DNA of 39,487 nt from a virus. A program made the translations under genes and the position numbers. Location of the stretch: the IMG/VR virus record IMGVR_UViG_3300045988_112560, positions 1-39,487 of that record. One strand, given 5' to 3'. The stretch's first letter is position 1; every line of letters starts with the position of its first letter. The notes below the pieces were generated by a model that saw only the letters and a list, made by a program, of their open reading frames with translations, was not told where the DNA came from and ran no database searches. Positions 29,755 through 39,057 of the stretch are shown piece after piece.

Positions 29755-30626
29755 TCAGGCGGCATGTGCGGTGACAGTGACCGTCAGATCGGGTGAGGTC
29801 ACGCCGTCATACGTGGCGTTGATCCTCGCGCTTCCGGCCTTGACGGCGGTGAGCATGCCGCCATCGACGGTCGCCACGCCGGTATCCTTGGATGTGAACG
29901 TGGCCTGTCCGGTCACGTCCACGGTGGTCTGGTCCACATGGGTGGCGACGGCCTTGAGCGCGAGCTTCGCGCCTTGGACGACCGACGGCCTCGTATTGCC
30001 GTCAGCCGAAGTCACGGCCACCGCCGTCACGCTTTTGGGTCGTACCAGCTTTCGATCCAACGCGTGTTCGGATGCTCAGGGTCCACGTACAGCTGGTCCT
30101 TCATCCATTCGACGGTGAGCTCGCGGCCTGTGACCGAGCCACGCTCCTGCTGGTCCGGTTCGTTGCCGGTGACCTGCATGACGCCGGCGCGACGGTGGAC
30201 GCGCCCGGTGTCGAACGTCTCCTCCTCGTACACCATCCATTTCGCATCCTGGATGATGTCGGCCACGTGGTAGACGCCATTGGAGTCCGGCTCGCCGATG
30301 GTGATCTTGCGTGTCAACGCGTTGTTTTCGGCCGGGCTGAAAGTCTGCGTGAGGCTGGTCGCCAACGGCAGCTTCTTGTACCCGTCCTGCAAAAACTCCA
30401 GCGGGTCGTCGCCGTCGCGCGAATCCTGATTGCCGCCGTCGGACTTGACGAGTCCGATGCACGCGGTCGACCGATTGTAGGCGGCCGGAAGCTCCGTCGT
30501 CGCCTTGCTGGGTGCGATCATCTCCGGCGTGATTCTGTTTTTGGTGGAGTACGGGACGATCATGATGGCGGCGGTGACGAGCGCCTCCACCTGTCCCAGA
30601 TCCATGCCCTGACTGTCTTTGGCCAT
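29755..30626 (-). CDS. Major tail protein with C-terminal Big_2 Ig-like extension made by -1 frameshift
   Basis: The -1 frame after the slippery site reads PKSVTAVAVTSADGNT...VATVDGGMLTAVKAGSARINATYDGVTSPDLTVTV (Big_2-like). It has no start codon or RBS of its own. Confidence 0.6.
30027..30626 (-). CDS. Major tail protein (199 aa)
   Basis: Assigned from position and size. GGAAGGA RBS. Confidence 0.7.
   Translation of the reverse strand: MAKDSQGMDLGQVEALVTAAIMIVPYSTKNRITPEMIAPSKATTELPAAYNRSTACIGLVKSDGGNQDSRDGDDPLEFLQDGYKKLPLATSLTQTFSPAENNALTRKITIGEPDSNGVYHVADIIQDAKWMVYEEETFDTGRVHRRAGVMQVTGNEPDQQERGSVTGRELTVEWMKDQLYVDPEHPNTRWIESWYDPKA
30033..30039 (-). promoter_or_regulatory. -1 slippery heptamer C_CCA_AAA at the end of the major tail gene
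   Basis: The minus strand reads GAC CCA AAA GCG TGA, so the heptamer lies one sense codon (GCG) before the stop. Confidence 0.6.
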
Positions 30627-30639
30627 GGTGATTCCTTCC

Positions 30640-31071
30640 TTATGGTTGTCTGATTCCGGCCGTCGAATATTCGACGGTCATGTAGTAGCGGCACCATGCC
30701 GCGTCCTCGCCGACCGGGTACGGGCCGTTGCATCCGTCAGACACGACGGCGCAGATGCGGCTGCCTTCGGCGAATCCGATGAGGATGCCGGGCTCGCCGG
30801 TCAGCACGCCGTACACGCGGGCCGCCAGATCGCGGCATGGTTTCGTGTCGTTGCGCGTCCATCCGAGCACGTTGACGCCTATCGACCTGTCGAACGTCAC
30901 GCGGTCGGCGGATTGCGTGCCGCCGTCATCACGCACGACCACGAGCGGATAGGAGCCGTCGTAATCGTCCGGGATGCGGTTTCCGGCCTGCAGGCCTGCG
31001 ACGTCCGTGATGTTGGAGCGCAGCCATCCGGTGAGGAACAGTTCGAGGTCTGGTGGGATGACGCTTGCCAT
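30640..31071 (-). CDS. Tail terminator/tail completion protein (143 aa)
   Basis: It lies immediately upstream of the major tail gene. Its start shares one nt with the upstream stop. Confidence 0.55.
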   Translation of the reverse strand: MASVIPPDLELFLTGWLRSNITDVAGLQAGNRIPDDYDGSYPLVVVRDDGGTQSADRVTFDRSIGVNVLGWTRNDTKPCRDLAARVYGVLTGEPGILIGFAEGSRICAVVSDGCNGPYPVGEDAAWCRYYMTVEYSTAGIRQP

Positions 31072-31358
31072 CAGACCTTCGCCTTCCTCAAAGCCTTGGC
31101 CAGATTGCCGGTCTTCGATTCCACGAGCAGGGTCTTCGGGTCGTGGCCGACGACCATGACGGTCGTTCGGTGCTCCCTTTTGACCTCCTCTATGCCAAGT
31201 CCGTCGCGGTATGCGCCGGTTTCGACCGGAGCGGACGCCTTCGCGTAGGCGAGTGCCCTGTTCGCGGCCAGCGTGGTGAGCGCCTTGACTCCCGCGCTGT
31301 TGAGGATCTCGTCGAAAAACTTCGGGTTGAAGTCGACCGATATCCTGCTTTTCGCCAT
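31071..31358 (-). CDS. HK97 gp10-family head-tail joining protein
   Basis: Contains ANRALAYAKASAPVETGAYRDGL, which matches the A..aP..TG.L pattern. GAAAGGG RBS. Confidence 0.6.
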   Translation of the reverse strand: MAKSRISVDFNPKFFDEILNSAGVKALTTLAANRALAYAKASAPVETGAYRDGLGIEEVKREHRTTVMVVGHDPKTLLVESKTGNLAKALRKAKV

Positions 31359-31362
31359 TTGT

Positions 31363-31761
31363 TCAGCCCTTTCTTTCCGTCAGACGGCATTCCAAGGTCG
31401 GACGCCATCCGGTGAACGCGTTCACATCCTTCGAGGGGAATCCGTCGACGTCCCACAATCGTCCGTCGTCGGGGTCTGCGCGAATCCGGTCGCCGATTCT
31501 GATGTCGGCGTCCGGGTCTGGGATGGTGAGGTACGCCGTTGATGCGGTTTGTGTGTCGAGCGTGTCCGGCGTGCGCGTGCTGGAACTGGATGAGAGCGCG
31601 CCCATGATGGCGAGCTCGTCCGGAGGCACGCTCCAGTCCGGCTCGTGCTGCGCCGGATTGTACGGGTTGGCCTTGCGTTTGGCACGCAGTCGGATGAAGC
31701 GCGTGACACCAGCCATGGCGAAAGCGCCGCCACCGGCATTCATGTCGTCAAGCAGGCTCAT
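31363..31761 (-). CDS. Head closure/head-tail adaptor protein
   Basis: Assigned from position. Its C-terminal half resembles SPP1 gp16/HK97 gp9-type adaptors. ATGA overlap with the upstream gene. Confidence 0.55.
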   Translation of the reverse strand: MSLLDDMNAGGGAFAMAGVTRFIRLRAKRKANPYNPAQHEPDWSVPPDELAIMGALSSSSSTRTPDTLDTQTASTAYLTIPDPDADIRIGDRIRADPDDGRLWDVDGFPSKDVNAFTGWRPTLECRLTERKG

Positions 31762-32276
31762 GGCAATCCTCCAAGCCTGTAGGGTTTGAGCTTGTCCTTC
31801 TCCGCCTGCATGAGCGACACAACGTCGTAGCTCGCGCTGGAGCCGTTGGTGGACTGCGAGGTGACGAGCCCGACCGGGCTCATGCCCGCACGCTTCGCGG
31901 CGCTGATGAGCACCGACTGCACGTCCGGCGCGTCATCATATCCGGCGTGGATCGCGTAGCGGATGGCCGCAATGCCGGCCGGGAAGCCGCCCGAAAGCGA
32001 CTCCACAAGCCCGGTCTCGGGATCGTAGGCGTAGGCCAGCTTGTTGCCGTCGCGGTCGGTCAATGATTCGATGCTCGTCACATGACGTGCGGGCAGCCGA
32101 ATCACCGTGCCACCACGAGTGTTCAGCACTCCCGTCAAGGCCACGTTCGGCATGACATGCCAACCGCATTCGCGGCGGATGGCCGCCTGCGCGGCACGAA
32201 GCCGAAACCGCGCGTCATCCTCGAACGCCGAAGGGTCGGCAATCATGTCAGGAATCACATTCGCTTCATCACTCAT
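31758..32276 (-). CDS. Head-tail connector (gp6-like)
   Basis: ATG at 32276 with GGAGGT RBS (the ORF-track start at 32288 is a TTG). Contains DDARFRLRAAQAAIRRECGW. Confidence 0.55.
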   Translation of the reverse strand: MSDEANVIPDMIADPSAFEDDARFRLRAAQAAIRRECGWHVMPNVALTGVLNTRGGTVIRLPARHVTSIESLTDRDGNKLAYAYDPETGLVESLSGGFPAGIAAIRYAIHAGYDDAPDVQSVLISAAKRAGMSPVGLVTSQSTNGSSASYDVVSLMQAEKDKLKPYRLGGLP

Positions 32277-32290
32277 GCCGACCTCCAATC

Positions 32291-32638
32291 TCAGCTCGTC
32301 TTCACAACACCGGCAGCCACAAGACCAGCCACAAGAGCATTGACACGCTGCGCCAAATCGTTGTAAGCGCCAACGAGCGCGTTGTACTCCGCCTTCGTCG
32401 GAGCGGTGGAAGCCGCAACCGCAACGGAGGCGTTCGCGGTGCCGGAGATCGCGACATTCGCCAGCTTCACGCCACCAAGAGTGTTCTCAGCGGCAGCGGG
32501 AAGCACATACGGCGTGGAAGTGGAACCACCGGTGACGTTCACCGGCTTGTCCTTGTCATTCACGAAAAGCACATCCTCGATAAACACCGAGGCGTCAACG
32601 GCGGCCTTGGCCGCATCGACAAGTCGATACTGCTTCAC
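32291..32638 (-). CDS. Head fibre/decoration-like protein (115 aa)
   Basis: GTG start with GAGGTGA RBS. The motif LPAAAENTLGGVKLA is common in phage fibre and decoration proteins. Confidence 0.5.
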   Translation of the reverse strand: MKQYRLVDAAKAAVDASVFIEDVLFVNDKDKPVNVTGGSTSTPYVLPAAAENTLGGVKLANVAISGTANASVAVAASTAPTKAEYNALVGAYNDLAQRVNALVAGLVAAGVVKTS

Positions 32639-32649
32639 AGCCGGTCACC

Positions 32650-33852
32650 TCACTTAGCGGCCTTGCCGAGCGTCACCTTGACAAACGCCTTCGGGTACTT
32701 GACCTGCAGGGTGAGGCGTTCCTTGACTCGGAACGTGATCTTGTCGTTGGTGAAGTCGTTCTCGTGGCTGTTGGTGGATTCGACGGTCAGACCGCCCTTG
32801 CGGTAGATGGTGCCGCCGGCCTTGAACGCGCCGACGAGCACGGTGCCCTTGGTCATCGCCTCGGTGACGACGGTGCGCAGGCCCCACAGCGGCGGGTTCT
32901 GCATGATGCCGCCGTTGCCGTACTGTCCGGCGAAGAAGCCGCCGCCGAAGTACTGGCCGTTCGCGTCCTTGGACAGGCGGATTGCCTGATAGTCGGCAGG
33001 ATTGATGACCACGGCGTCGGCGGAGAAGCCCGTCGCGGTGGCGATATCCGTGGTGGCCGCGAAGATGCGGTCGGGGTCGGAATCGTTGGCCTGCGCCTTG
33101 GTCTGGATTTCGCGGTTCAGAAGGCCCTTGAGATTCGGGTCGGTGCCGTTGCCGGACAGGAGCTGAATCTCCTCCTGCAGCTTCAGGTTGTACTGGGCGT
33201 GCTGGTTGATCTCGGACACGATGAACGGCAGGTCGTCGGCCATGTCGTCGGTGATCTTCCACCATGCCGCGACCTCGTGCAGGCTGTCGGACACCCAAGT
33301 CGGGTCCGGAAGGTGGATCTGCGGCTTCTGCCCGCCCTCGGTGACGGTGTTGGCGTTGCCTTCGAGGGAGCCGTACACCGGGTATTTGATGGTGGTGCCG
33401 CTCATGGCGCCGGATGCGAACAGGTCGGCGATGACGAGCGGACGCTCATACGGCCATACGCCGGCCAGGTCGGTCTGGGTGAGATACGGCGCGTAGGCTC
33501 CGGACGCTCCGCCTGTGGCCTGAGTGTCGGAAGCGGCCTTGAATTCCGGAGTGGAGAACAGGCCTCCCTTGGTGGCGAGCACGCTCAACCCCTTCTCCTG
33601 CAGGGACTTGACGTAGAAGTCGCCGAGGGTCTGCGCCTCGACGCCCTTGTGCTCGGTCTTGGACGTGCCGGCGAGCTTGTCGAGTCCTTCGCCGGCCTCC
33701 TTGAACAGGTCGATGCGCTCCTGCAGCTTCTTCGCCTCGGCGTAATGCTGCTTCAGCTCCTCCTGCTCGTTTTCGGTGATATTGTCCATTCCCTTGGCGA
33801 GGATGGACTGTGCCGCCTTCTTCTCGGCGGCGAGCTTGTCCATGAGATTCAT
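32650..33852 (-). CDS. Major capsid protein, HK97 fold (400 aa)
   Basis: ATG at 33852 with AAAGGAG RBS. It has an N-terminal coiled-coil delta domain and follows the protease gene. Confidence 0.85.
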   Translation of the reverse strand: MNLMDKLAAEKKAAQSILAKGMDNITENEQEELKQHYAEAKKLQERIDLFKEAGEGLDKLAGTSKTEHKGVEAQTLGDFYVKSLQEKGLSVLATKGGLFSTPEFKAASDTQATGGASGAYAPYLTQTDLAGVWPYERPLVIADLFASGAMSGTTIKYPVYGSLEGNANTVTEGGQKPQIHLPDPTWVSDSLHEVAAWWKITDDMADDLPFIVSEINQHAQYNLKLQEEIQLLSGNGTDPNLKGLLNREIQTKAQANDSDPDRIFAATTDIATATGFSADAVVINPADYQAIRLSKDANGQYFGGGFFAGQYGNGGIMQNPPLWGLRTVVTEAMTKGTVLVGAFKAGGTIYRKGGLTVESTNSHENDFTNDKITFRVKERLTLQVKYPKAFVKVTLGKAAK

Positions 33853-33866
33853 GGCACTCCTTTCGG

Positions 33867-34610
33867 TTAATGTTCCAGCGAGAAGAAGTCGCTGATGGTC
33901 TTGTATTCCTCGACCCACTGCGGGCCAAAGCTTTTCTGGTCTTTCTTCTTCGTGTCATCCGTGGAATCGTCCGGCTGGTCGCTGGAATCATCCGTGGAGT
34001 CATCGGTGTCGTCGTCCGGCTTCTTGTTGTCGGAATCGATGCCATCCAAGACCTCGTGCAGACTGTCCAACGCGGCACGAAGCTTGCTCTCGTTGGAAGC
34101 GCTGATCGCGCGTCCGCTTTTCACCTCAAGCACCTCGGCCCCCTGATTCGCGGCAACCTGCACGAGGGAGATTTCAAAGAGCTTCACCTGGCGGATTTCA
34201 CGGTAGCCGTCCCAAGCGCTCTTGCCGTCCTGCACGAAAGCAGTCTCCTCGGCGATGAAGCCAATGCTCATCTGATGGATGAGGCCACGCTGCAGAAGCT
34301 CATAGGCGCGCTTGCCTTCCGGCAGGTCAAGGTCAAGACGCGCCGTGACGAGCAATCCGTGCTCGTCCTCCACGGCGCTCAACGTCTCGCCTATGATGTC
34401 GGTCGGCTTGTCGTCCTTGTGCTGCCAATGAATCGGGATGCCAGCGCCAGTGCCGCCGTAATCCTTCTCCAACGTGCCAGCGAAAGCGCCCTTGACGATC
34501 ACGTCATCGTACAAATCCTTGTCCCACGTGCTGGCGTAGCCGCTGAACACTCCCTCGCCTTGACTGTCATCAAGGGATTTCAGCTCGAAGCCCTTGAAAT
34601 CAAGCCTCAT
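33867..34610 (-). CDS. Prohead protease, HK97 family
   Basis: ATG at 34610 with AAGGAGGA RBS and an ATGA overlap with the portal stop. Contains FSGYASTWDKDLYDDVIVKGAF. Confidence 0.8.
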   Translation of the reverse strand: MRLDFKGFELKSLDDSQGEGVFSGYASTWDKDLYDDVIVKGAFAGTLEKDYGGTGAGIPIHWQHKDDKPTDIIGETLSAVEDEHGLLVTARLDLDLPEGKRAYELLQRGLIHQMSIGFIAEETAFVQDGKSAWDGYREIRQVKLFEISLVQVAANQGAEVLEVKSGRAISASNESKLRAALDSLHEVLDGIDSDNKKPDDDTDDSTDDSSDQPDDSTDDTKKKDQKSFGPQWVEEYKTISDFFSLEH

Positions 34611-36013
34611 GATGTTTCCTCCTTGGTGAGCGCGTCCCACTCCATGCGGAATTGCGCGTCATACCGGTAAAGCCGTTTGAATTCGGCGAGCATCGCCTTG
34701 GCATCCTCGCCGTTGACCGGATTGTTCTCCTGCGCGTTCTGCGTCTTGCCGCCGTCTTGCGGGCTGGGCTGGCCGCCCTCGCTCACATTCAATGGCGTGA
34801 TGAGCTGGTCGCCACCTGGCACGCGCGGCATGTCCAGAATCTGACGCGCCTGATTCGTGGTCATGAAAGGACGTCCGGTAGCCGTGGAAAGCGCCTGATA
34901 CTGTTCGGACGTGGTTCCACGTAGTTTCGCGTCAACGTTGGCCTTGATGTAGCAGTCAGGCTCGCCCACGGCCTCGGGAAGGCTCAGATTCAGCGCCTCT
35001 TCCAATGCCACGATGTATGGCATCAGCTCAACATTCCACAATTGCTCTTTGAACGCGCTGATGTTGGAATTGGTGCCGGTTCGGAAGCCGACGTTTTCCG
35101 GCGAAATCTGGAAGGCATTGCACACCGCGATATTGATACGGTCGCGCGCCTCCAAATCGTTCACGTCCACCGGTTTGAAGACGTTGTCCAGCGGACGCAT
35201 CTCCATGCCGTCCTTCAGGACAGGCCAGCCACCCTCACGTCCACCATTCTGAATGAAATTACGCAATCCATTGGTGAAATCGTCGTAATCCTCCTGCGAC
35301 AGCCACGGCATCTCCTTCGGACGGAAGACGTAGCCTCCGGCCTGCATGCCGTTCTTGGCGATGCCACGCCGGTAATTGGCCATCGCCTTCGCCTCCGCCA
35401 AAAGCGGACGAAGCACGTTGGTCACACTATCGCCGAACTGGAGGCCGGAGATGAAGCCGACGTCCAAATGCACGCGAGGATCAGGCAGATCGAAATGCAT
35501 GGCCTGCTGACTGTCCATCGTCAGCAGATTCACGCCGGTAATCTCGCCGAAAGCGTTGCCGGAAAGCTGATAGCAGTCCGACGGTATGCGCCTGAGTGTG
35601 AAACGTCCACCGTTCACGCCTAGGAGCATGAGCCACCGGTCATCGAGCAGCATGTCACGAAGCAGCATGCTGATGAAACGGTAGCGGGTCATTCCAGGAA
35701 GAGGAGAAGGCCGCTTCATCAAAGCGGCAAGAGCGCCGTCGGAGACTTCCTCGGCATCCCCATCGGCGTTCTTCCGATACACCTTGAATGGCAGCGAGGC
35801 GATGTTGCGGGTGATGAAGTCCACCACGACACGCACCGCATACTCGCGGCAATACGCGCCGGACGCGTACCCGTAAAAGTCCATGTCGGACGGCCAACTG
35901 TCGCCGTTGGTGAGTGGAATGCTTGTCGCTGGCGTCGGATGTGCGTCTGCCTCGGCCATCTTCATGCCGATAGCTGCTGCGTTATTGTGGAGGAGCCGGT
36001 CAAGGAATCCCAT
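34607..36013 (-). CDS. Portal protein (HK97-type)
   Basis: ATG at 36013 with GAGGGGA RBS. Assigned from size and its position between TerL and the protease. Confidence 0.8.
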   Translation of the reverse strand: MGFLDRLLHNNAAAIGMKMAEADAHPTPATSIPLTNGDSWPSDMDFYGYASGAYCREYAVRVVVDFITRNIASLPFKVYRKNADGDAEEVSDGALAALMKRPSPLPGMTRYRFISMLLRDMLLDDRWLMLLGVNGGRFTLRRIPSDCYQLSGNAFGEITGVNLLTMDSQQAMHFDLPDPRVHLDVGFISGLQFGDSVTNVLRPLLAEAKAMANYRRGIAKNGMQAGGYVFRPKEMPWLSQEDYDDFTNGLRNFIQNGGREGGWPVLKDGMEMRPLDNVFKPVDVNDLEARDRINIAVCNAFQISPENVGFRTGTNSNISAFKEQLWNVELMPYIVALEEALNLSLPEAVGEPDCYIKANVDAKLRGTTSEQYQALSTATGRPFMTTNQARQILDMPRVPGGDQLITPLNVSEGGQPSPQDGGKTQNAQENNPVNGEDAKAMLAEFKRLYRYDAQFRMEWDALTKEETS

Positions 36014-36041
36014 CAATACTCCCCTCTTTGTTGTGAAGAAT

Positions 36042-37634
36042 CTAGAATCTGACCCTCACGCCTTGCGAGGGCTCGTATTTCGGTTTCTCTGGCTCGCCGC
36101 TCATCGTCTCGAGCGCGTACAATGCCTGACTTTCGGCGATGAGGCCGGAAATATGCATCGCGCTCTGGTTGCGGTCCCACACCTCGACCTCACCCAATCG
36201 GCGGGTCACGGCCACACCCACCTGCTGTTCGATGGCCGGCTGAGGGAGATGACGGAGCTTGTTTTCCTTCACCCGGTCACGGAAACGGCCGGTCGCGGCT
36301 CCCATGCGGAAGCCCTCGATGAGATGCACAGTCCAACCGGCCTCCGCGAGCGGATCCGCGAAGTCCACCGCCGGGCAGCCCTTGGATTGCACGGCGATTT
36401 CATGGATGTTCGGCCATGCATCGCGAAGCATTTTGAGGTATTTCGGCACCCAGAGCATGCCGTCGCGGCGCACGATCAGTTCGACGTGCGGCAGACCATC
36501 CTCGCGGTAGCCTGCGGCGGCGATATACGTGGTTTCACGGTCCGCGCTGGTGTCCACGGAGAGCACCACGCGCCCGTCATCTGGGATACAGGACTTCGCA
36601 TCGATGCCACGCTTCCACAATTTCGGATTGATATACGGCGTGATATCCGCCGTCACCCACTGGCACAAAACCTCGGTACGGTACGCGGCCTCGGTCATAC
36701 CGTTGATATCGGCCGAGATGCTACGATACGTCATCGGCCCGTACCCCATGGAGGGGTTCGCCTGACGTATGCCGTCGAGATCGTCCAGCTCGCATTTATC
36801 CGGAGCAGACCATTCGAAATACCCGTAGGATGGGTCGTGTTCCTCGGCCCATTCGTCCGGCGACTGCTTGCCGGTTTCGACCGAAGCGTTCCACGAATCC
36901 GCCAGGGCACGCCCTTCGTCTACGACTCGGCGCAGCACGACGCTGCGATAGTCGCCGGCGTTCGAGATTCCCCACAACTGGCTGGACCAGATGGCCTTCG
37001 TGGTCTGCGATACCGCGTTCCAGCCGTCATCGGTATGCTGCTCTCGCAGCTCGTCGAACACGACGCGGCTGGCGCTCTTGGAACGGATGTTCTTGTCGGC
37101 GCGCACGATGTACTGCGCCTTGTTCCGGCAGATGATCGCTTCCTCGCCATGCGAATTGTTGACGCGCTGCACACGTTTTTGCAAAACCGGAACCGCAAGA
37201 GCGGCCTCGCCTTCGGACGCCGGATTCGGATTACACCAGTTCAAAACGGCCTGATATGGGGCGCGCGCGTTATCCAGCGTCTGCGCGGCACCGACCACGA
37301 GAAACTTCCACGCCGGCGACAAGTCCGGGTGTCGAGTGGAGTCGATGAACAGCCACCATGCGACCAGCACGCTCATAACCGTGGTCTTGCCGTTCTGACG
37401 TGCAACCTCGGTCACCACGCGGCGGAACCGGTATGAGCCGTCCGGCAGAAGCTCGAGTCCGTGGATCAGCAGCCATTTCTGCCACGGGTAGAGATGCACG
37501 TGGAGGAACTTTTCGGCGAATTCGATGACCGCGAACCCGTTCGACGTTTCCGGCGTCAATTCGCGCAGCGGGGGAGTGAATATGCGGGGAGTGGTGATGC
37601 CGTGGGCGTCGTCATTGATTTCACCGATGCCCAT
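36042..37634 (-). CDS. terL: Terminase large subunit
   Basis: Walker A-like VARQNGKTT, a C-terminal nuclease region, and GGGAGG RBS. Confidence 0.85.
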   Translation of the reverse strand: MGIGEINDDAHGITTPRIFTPPLRELTPETSNGFAVIEFAEKFLHVHLYPWQKWLLIHGLELLPDGSYRFRRVVTEVARQNGKTTVMSVLVAWWLFIDSTRHPDLSPAWKFLVVGAAQTLDNARAPYQAVLNWCNPNPASEGEAALAVPVLQKRVQRVNNSHGEEAIICRNKAQYIVRADKNIRSKSASRVVFDELREQHTDDGWNAVSQTTKAIWSSQLWGISNAGDYRSVVLRRVVDEGRALADSWNASVETGKQSPDEWAEEHDPSYGYFEWSAPDKCELDDLDGIRQANPSMGYGPMTYRSISADINGMTEAAYRTEVLCQWVTADITPYINPKLWKRGIDAKSCIPDDGRVVLSVDTSADRETTYIAAAGYREDGLPHVELIVRRDGMLWVPKYLKMLRDAWPNIHEIAVQSKGCPAVDFADPLAEAGWTVHLIEGFRMGAATGRFRDRVKENKLRHLPQPAIEQQVGVAVTRRLGEVEVWDRNQSAMHISGLIAESQALYALETMSGEPEKPKYEPSQGVRVRF

Positions 37635-37646
37635 GACGCCTCCCGT

Positions 37647-38039
37647 TTAGCTGATTTTCGCCAGATACTCCTCAAGCTCGTCGGCGACCGGAGTCTCCTC
37701 AGCGTTGACGGATTTAGCGCGAACGGTTTTCGCCGGCTTCTCCTCTTCGGGGGTCAGACCCAGAGCCGCGCAGTATTTGAGAAAAGTCGGAATCGACGTA
37801 TTGTCGTTCAGGGGTACGGCCGGACGCGCGCCCTTACCCTTCACTTCAGCATCAGATATAGCCTGCTCGGCAAGCTCATCCCAATGGTCAATCTTCCAAG
37901 CCAGAGCGCGAGCGGCGGCGACGGTGGCCGCGTCCTTGGCGCGTAGGTGCTTCGCGTTGCGCAGCGAACGCTCCAATGCGTCGGACACCGATTCGGTCGG
38001 GAAGCGTTCGGATTTCGACTTTCCTGCTGTCATCATCAT
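37647..38039 (-). CDS. terS: Terminase small subunit
   Basis: It lies upstream of terL. Three ATGs at 38039, 38036 and 38033 follow GAGGTG. The ORF-track start at 38138 has no RBS and only moderate GC3. Confidence 0.6.
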   Translation of the reverse strand: MMMTAGKSKSERFPTESVSDALERSLRNAKHLRAKDAATVAAARALAWKIDHWDELAEQAISDAEVKGKGARPAVPLNDNTSIPTFLKYCAALGLTPEEEKPAKTVRAKSVNAEETPVADELEEYLAKIS

Positions 38040-38199
38040 CACCTCGCAATACAAGTGCAGTACATTCGCAATCGCCTCGCGCGCGCGACCCCGGTTCGAA
38101 TATCGGAAAACTTTCGGAGGGAGAGGAAGAGCGGCCATGCGGGTCGTGTCCCGTCGATGGCTGGTTTTGGGATTCTACCGCCCCCCTCCGGGTGGCTGG

Positions 38200-38406
38200 T
38201 CAGGCTTGGAATGCTTCGACGAATGCGTTGGTGCCGTCTGCTGAGGCTGTTGGCTCGAGGTTGATTGGCATGTCTACTTCCATCTCGCCTAGGTCATAGT
38301 TGGTGCTGCTGCTGGATAGGCTGGCGCTGATGTGGAGTGTGATTGGTATGGTTGTTTCGTGGACTGTTTGGCCGTTGAATGTCTTGATTGGTTCGTGGGT
38401 GTCCAT
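38200..38406 (-). CDS. Hypothetical protein (68 aa)
   Basis: ATG at 38406 with AGGAGC RBS. Confidence 0.55.
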   Translation of the reverse strand: MDTHEPIKTFNGQTVHETTIPITLHISASLSSSSTNYDLGEMEVDMPINLEPTASADGTNAFVEAFQA

Positions 38407-38416
38407 GTTTTAGCTC

Positions 38417-38734
38417 CTATGCTGCTTTGATCCATTGTCTGCTGAGTGTGCCGATTGGTGTGGCTGGGTCTTTGTTGCCCCGAAGGTTGTTGCATTGCGT
38501 GTGGCTTGGCCTGAAGCCGGCCGGGTCGTGCTGCAGATCGGGGCGTTTGGTCACCGGGTAGAAGTGGTCGAGGTTAAAGCTGTCGTCTGTGGTGTTCTGT
38601 GGTGTGTCGTAGTCGATGGGCATTCCGCAGAGCCAGCATGGACGGTGTTCGGCCTTGCATTCGAGGAAGAATTTCTTGCGGTCTTTCTCGAATTGTCTTC
38701 CGCCTTTGCGGACTTGGCGGCTGTAGCTGACCAT
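38417..38734 (-). CDS. HNH endonuclease (packaging-associated)
   Basis: ATG at 38734 with GGGGTGA upstream. Contains CWLCG...LDHFYP...HTQCNNLRG. The N-terminal 35 codons of the ORF-track version have low GC3. Confidence 0.75.
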   Translation of the reverse strand: MVSYSRQVRKGGRQFEKDRKKFFLECKAEHRPCWLCGMPIDYDTPQNTTDDSFNLDHFYPVTKRPDLQHDPAGFRPSHTQCNNLRGNKDPATPIGTLSRQWIKAA

Positions 38735-38876
38735 GTTGCTGTCACCCCGCAATCGTTGAAGAGTAAGTGGCTTGGGCGAGATTCGAATTCGCGGTGGCCC
38801 GACATGGTTAGTCTGTTTTGACCACGCCGTCGCAATCACTGCGATGGCCGGTTAGTCCTCTACCGTACGCAAGCCG

Positions 38877-38952
38877 TGGCATGCGCGGTTGGCTTCGATC
38901 CAACGACCTGCGGTTTTGGAGACCGCCGCTCTACCTGCTGAGCTACGCGCAT
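38877..38952 (-). tRNA. tRNA-Trp (anticodon CCA), CCA end encoded
   Basis: Manual cloverleaf, 76 nt: ATGCGCG-TA-GCTC-AGCAGGTA-GAGC-G-GCGGT-CTCCAAA-ACCGC-AGGTC-GTTGG-ATCGAAG-CCAAC-CGCGCAT-G-CCA. All stems are Watson-Crick, U33 is present, and the discriminator is G73. The T-loop has A at position 54, which is atypical. Confidence 0.8.
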
Positions 38953-39057
38953 AGGCGGTCATGCCGGTTGATTGCCATGGCACATGACCATTGGGTGGAT
39001 ATGAGTAAAGCCCCTGAACCGGTTGATTCAGAGGCTTCCACACTAATCCTGATACGG

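Noticed and set aside
38039-38138. A longer TerS start at 38138 (MAALPLPPKVFRYSNRG...).
   Set aside because: No SD lies upstream and GC3 is only moderate. A GAGGTG RBS immediately precedes the ATG triplet at 38039-38033. The longer form cannot be fully excluded.
38769-38876. A second tRNA-like stretch directly 3' of tRNA-Trp, with GCGAA-TTCGAAT-CTCGC and a GGCTTGC/CCAAGCC acceptor-like pairing.
   Set aside because: The span is 108 nt. The T-stem has an A-C mismatch at the 53:61 position. No 7-nt anticodon loop with U33 can be drawn, and there is no proper D-stem. It could be a decayed tRNA, but I cannot support a call. tRNAscan-SE or ARAGORN would settle it.
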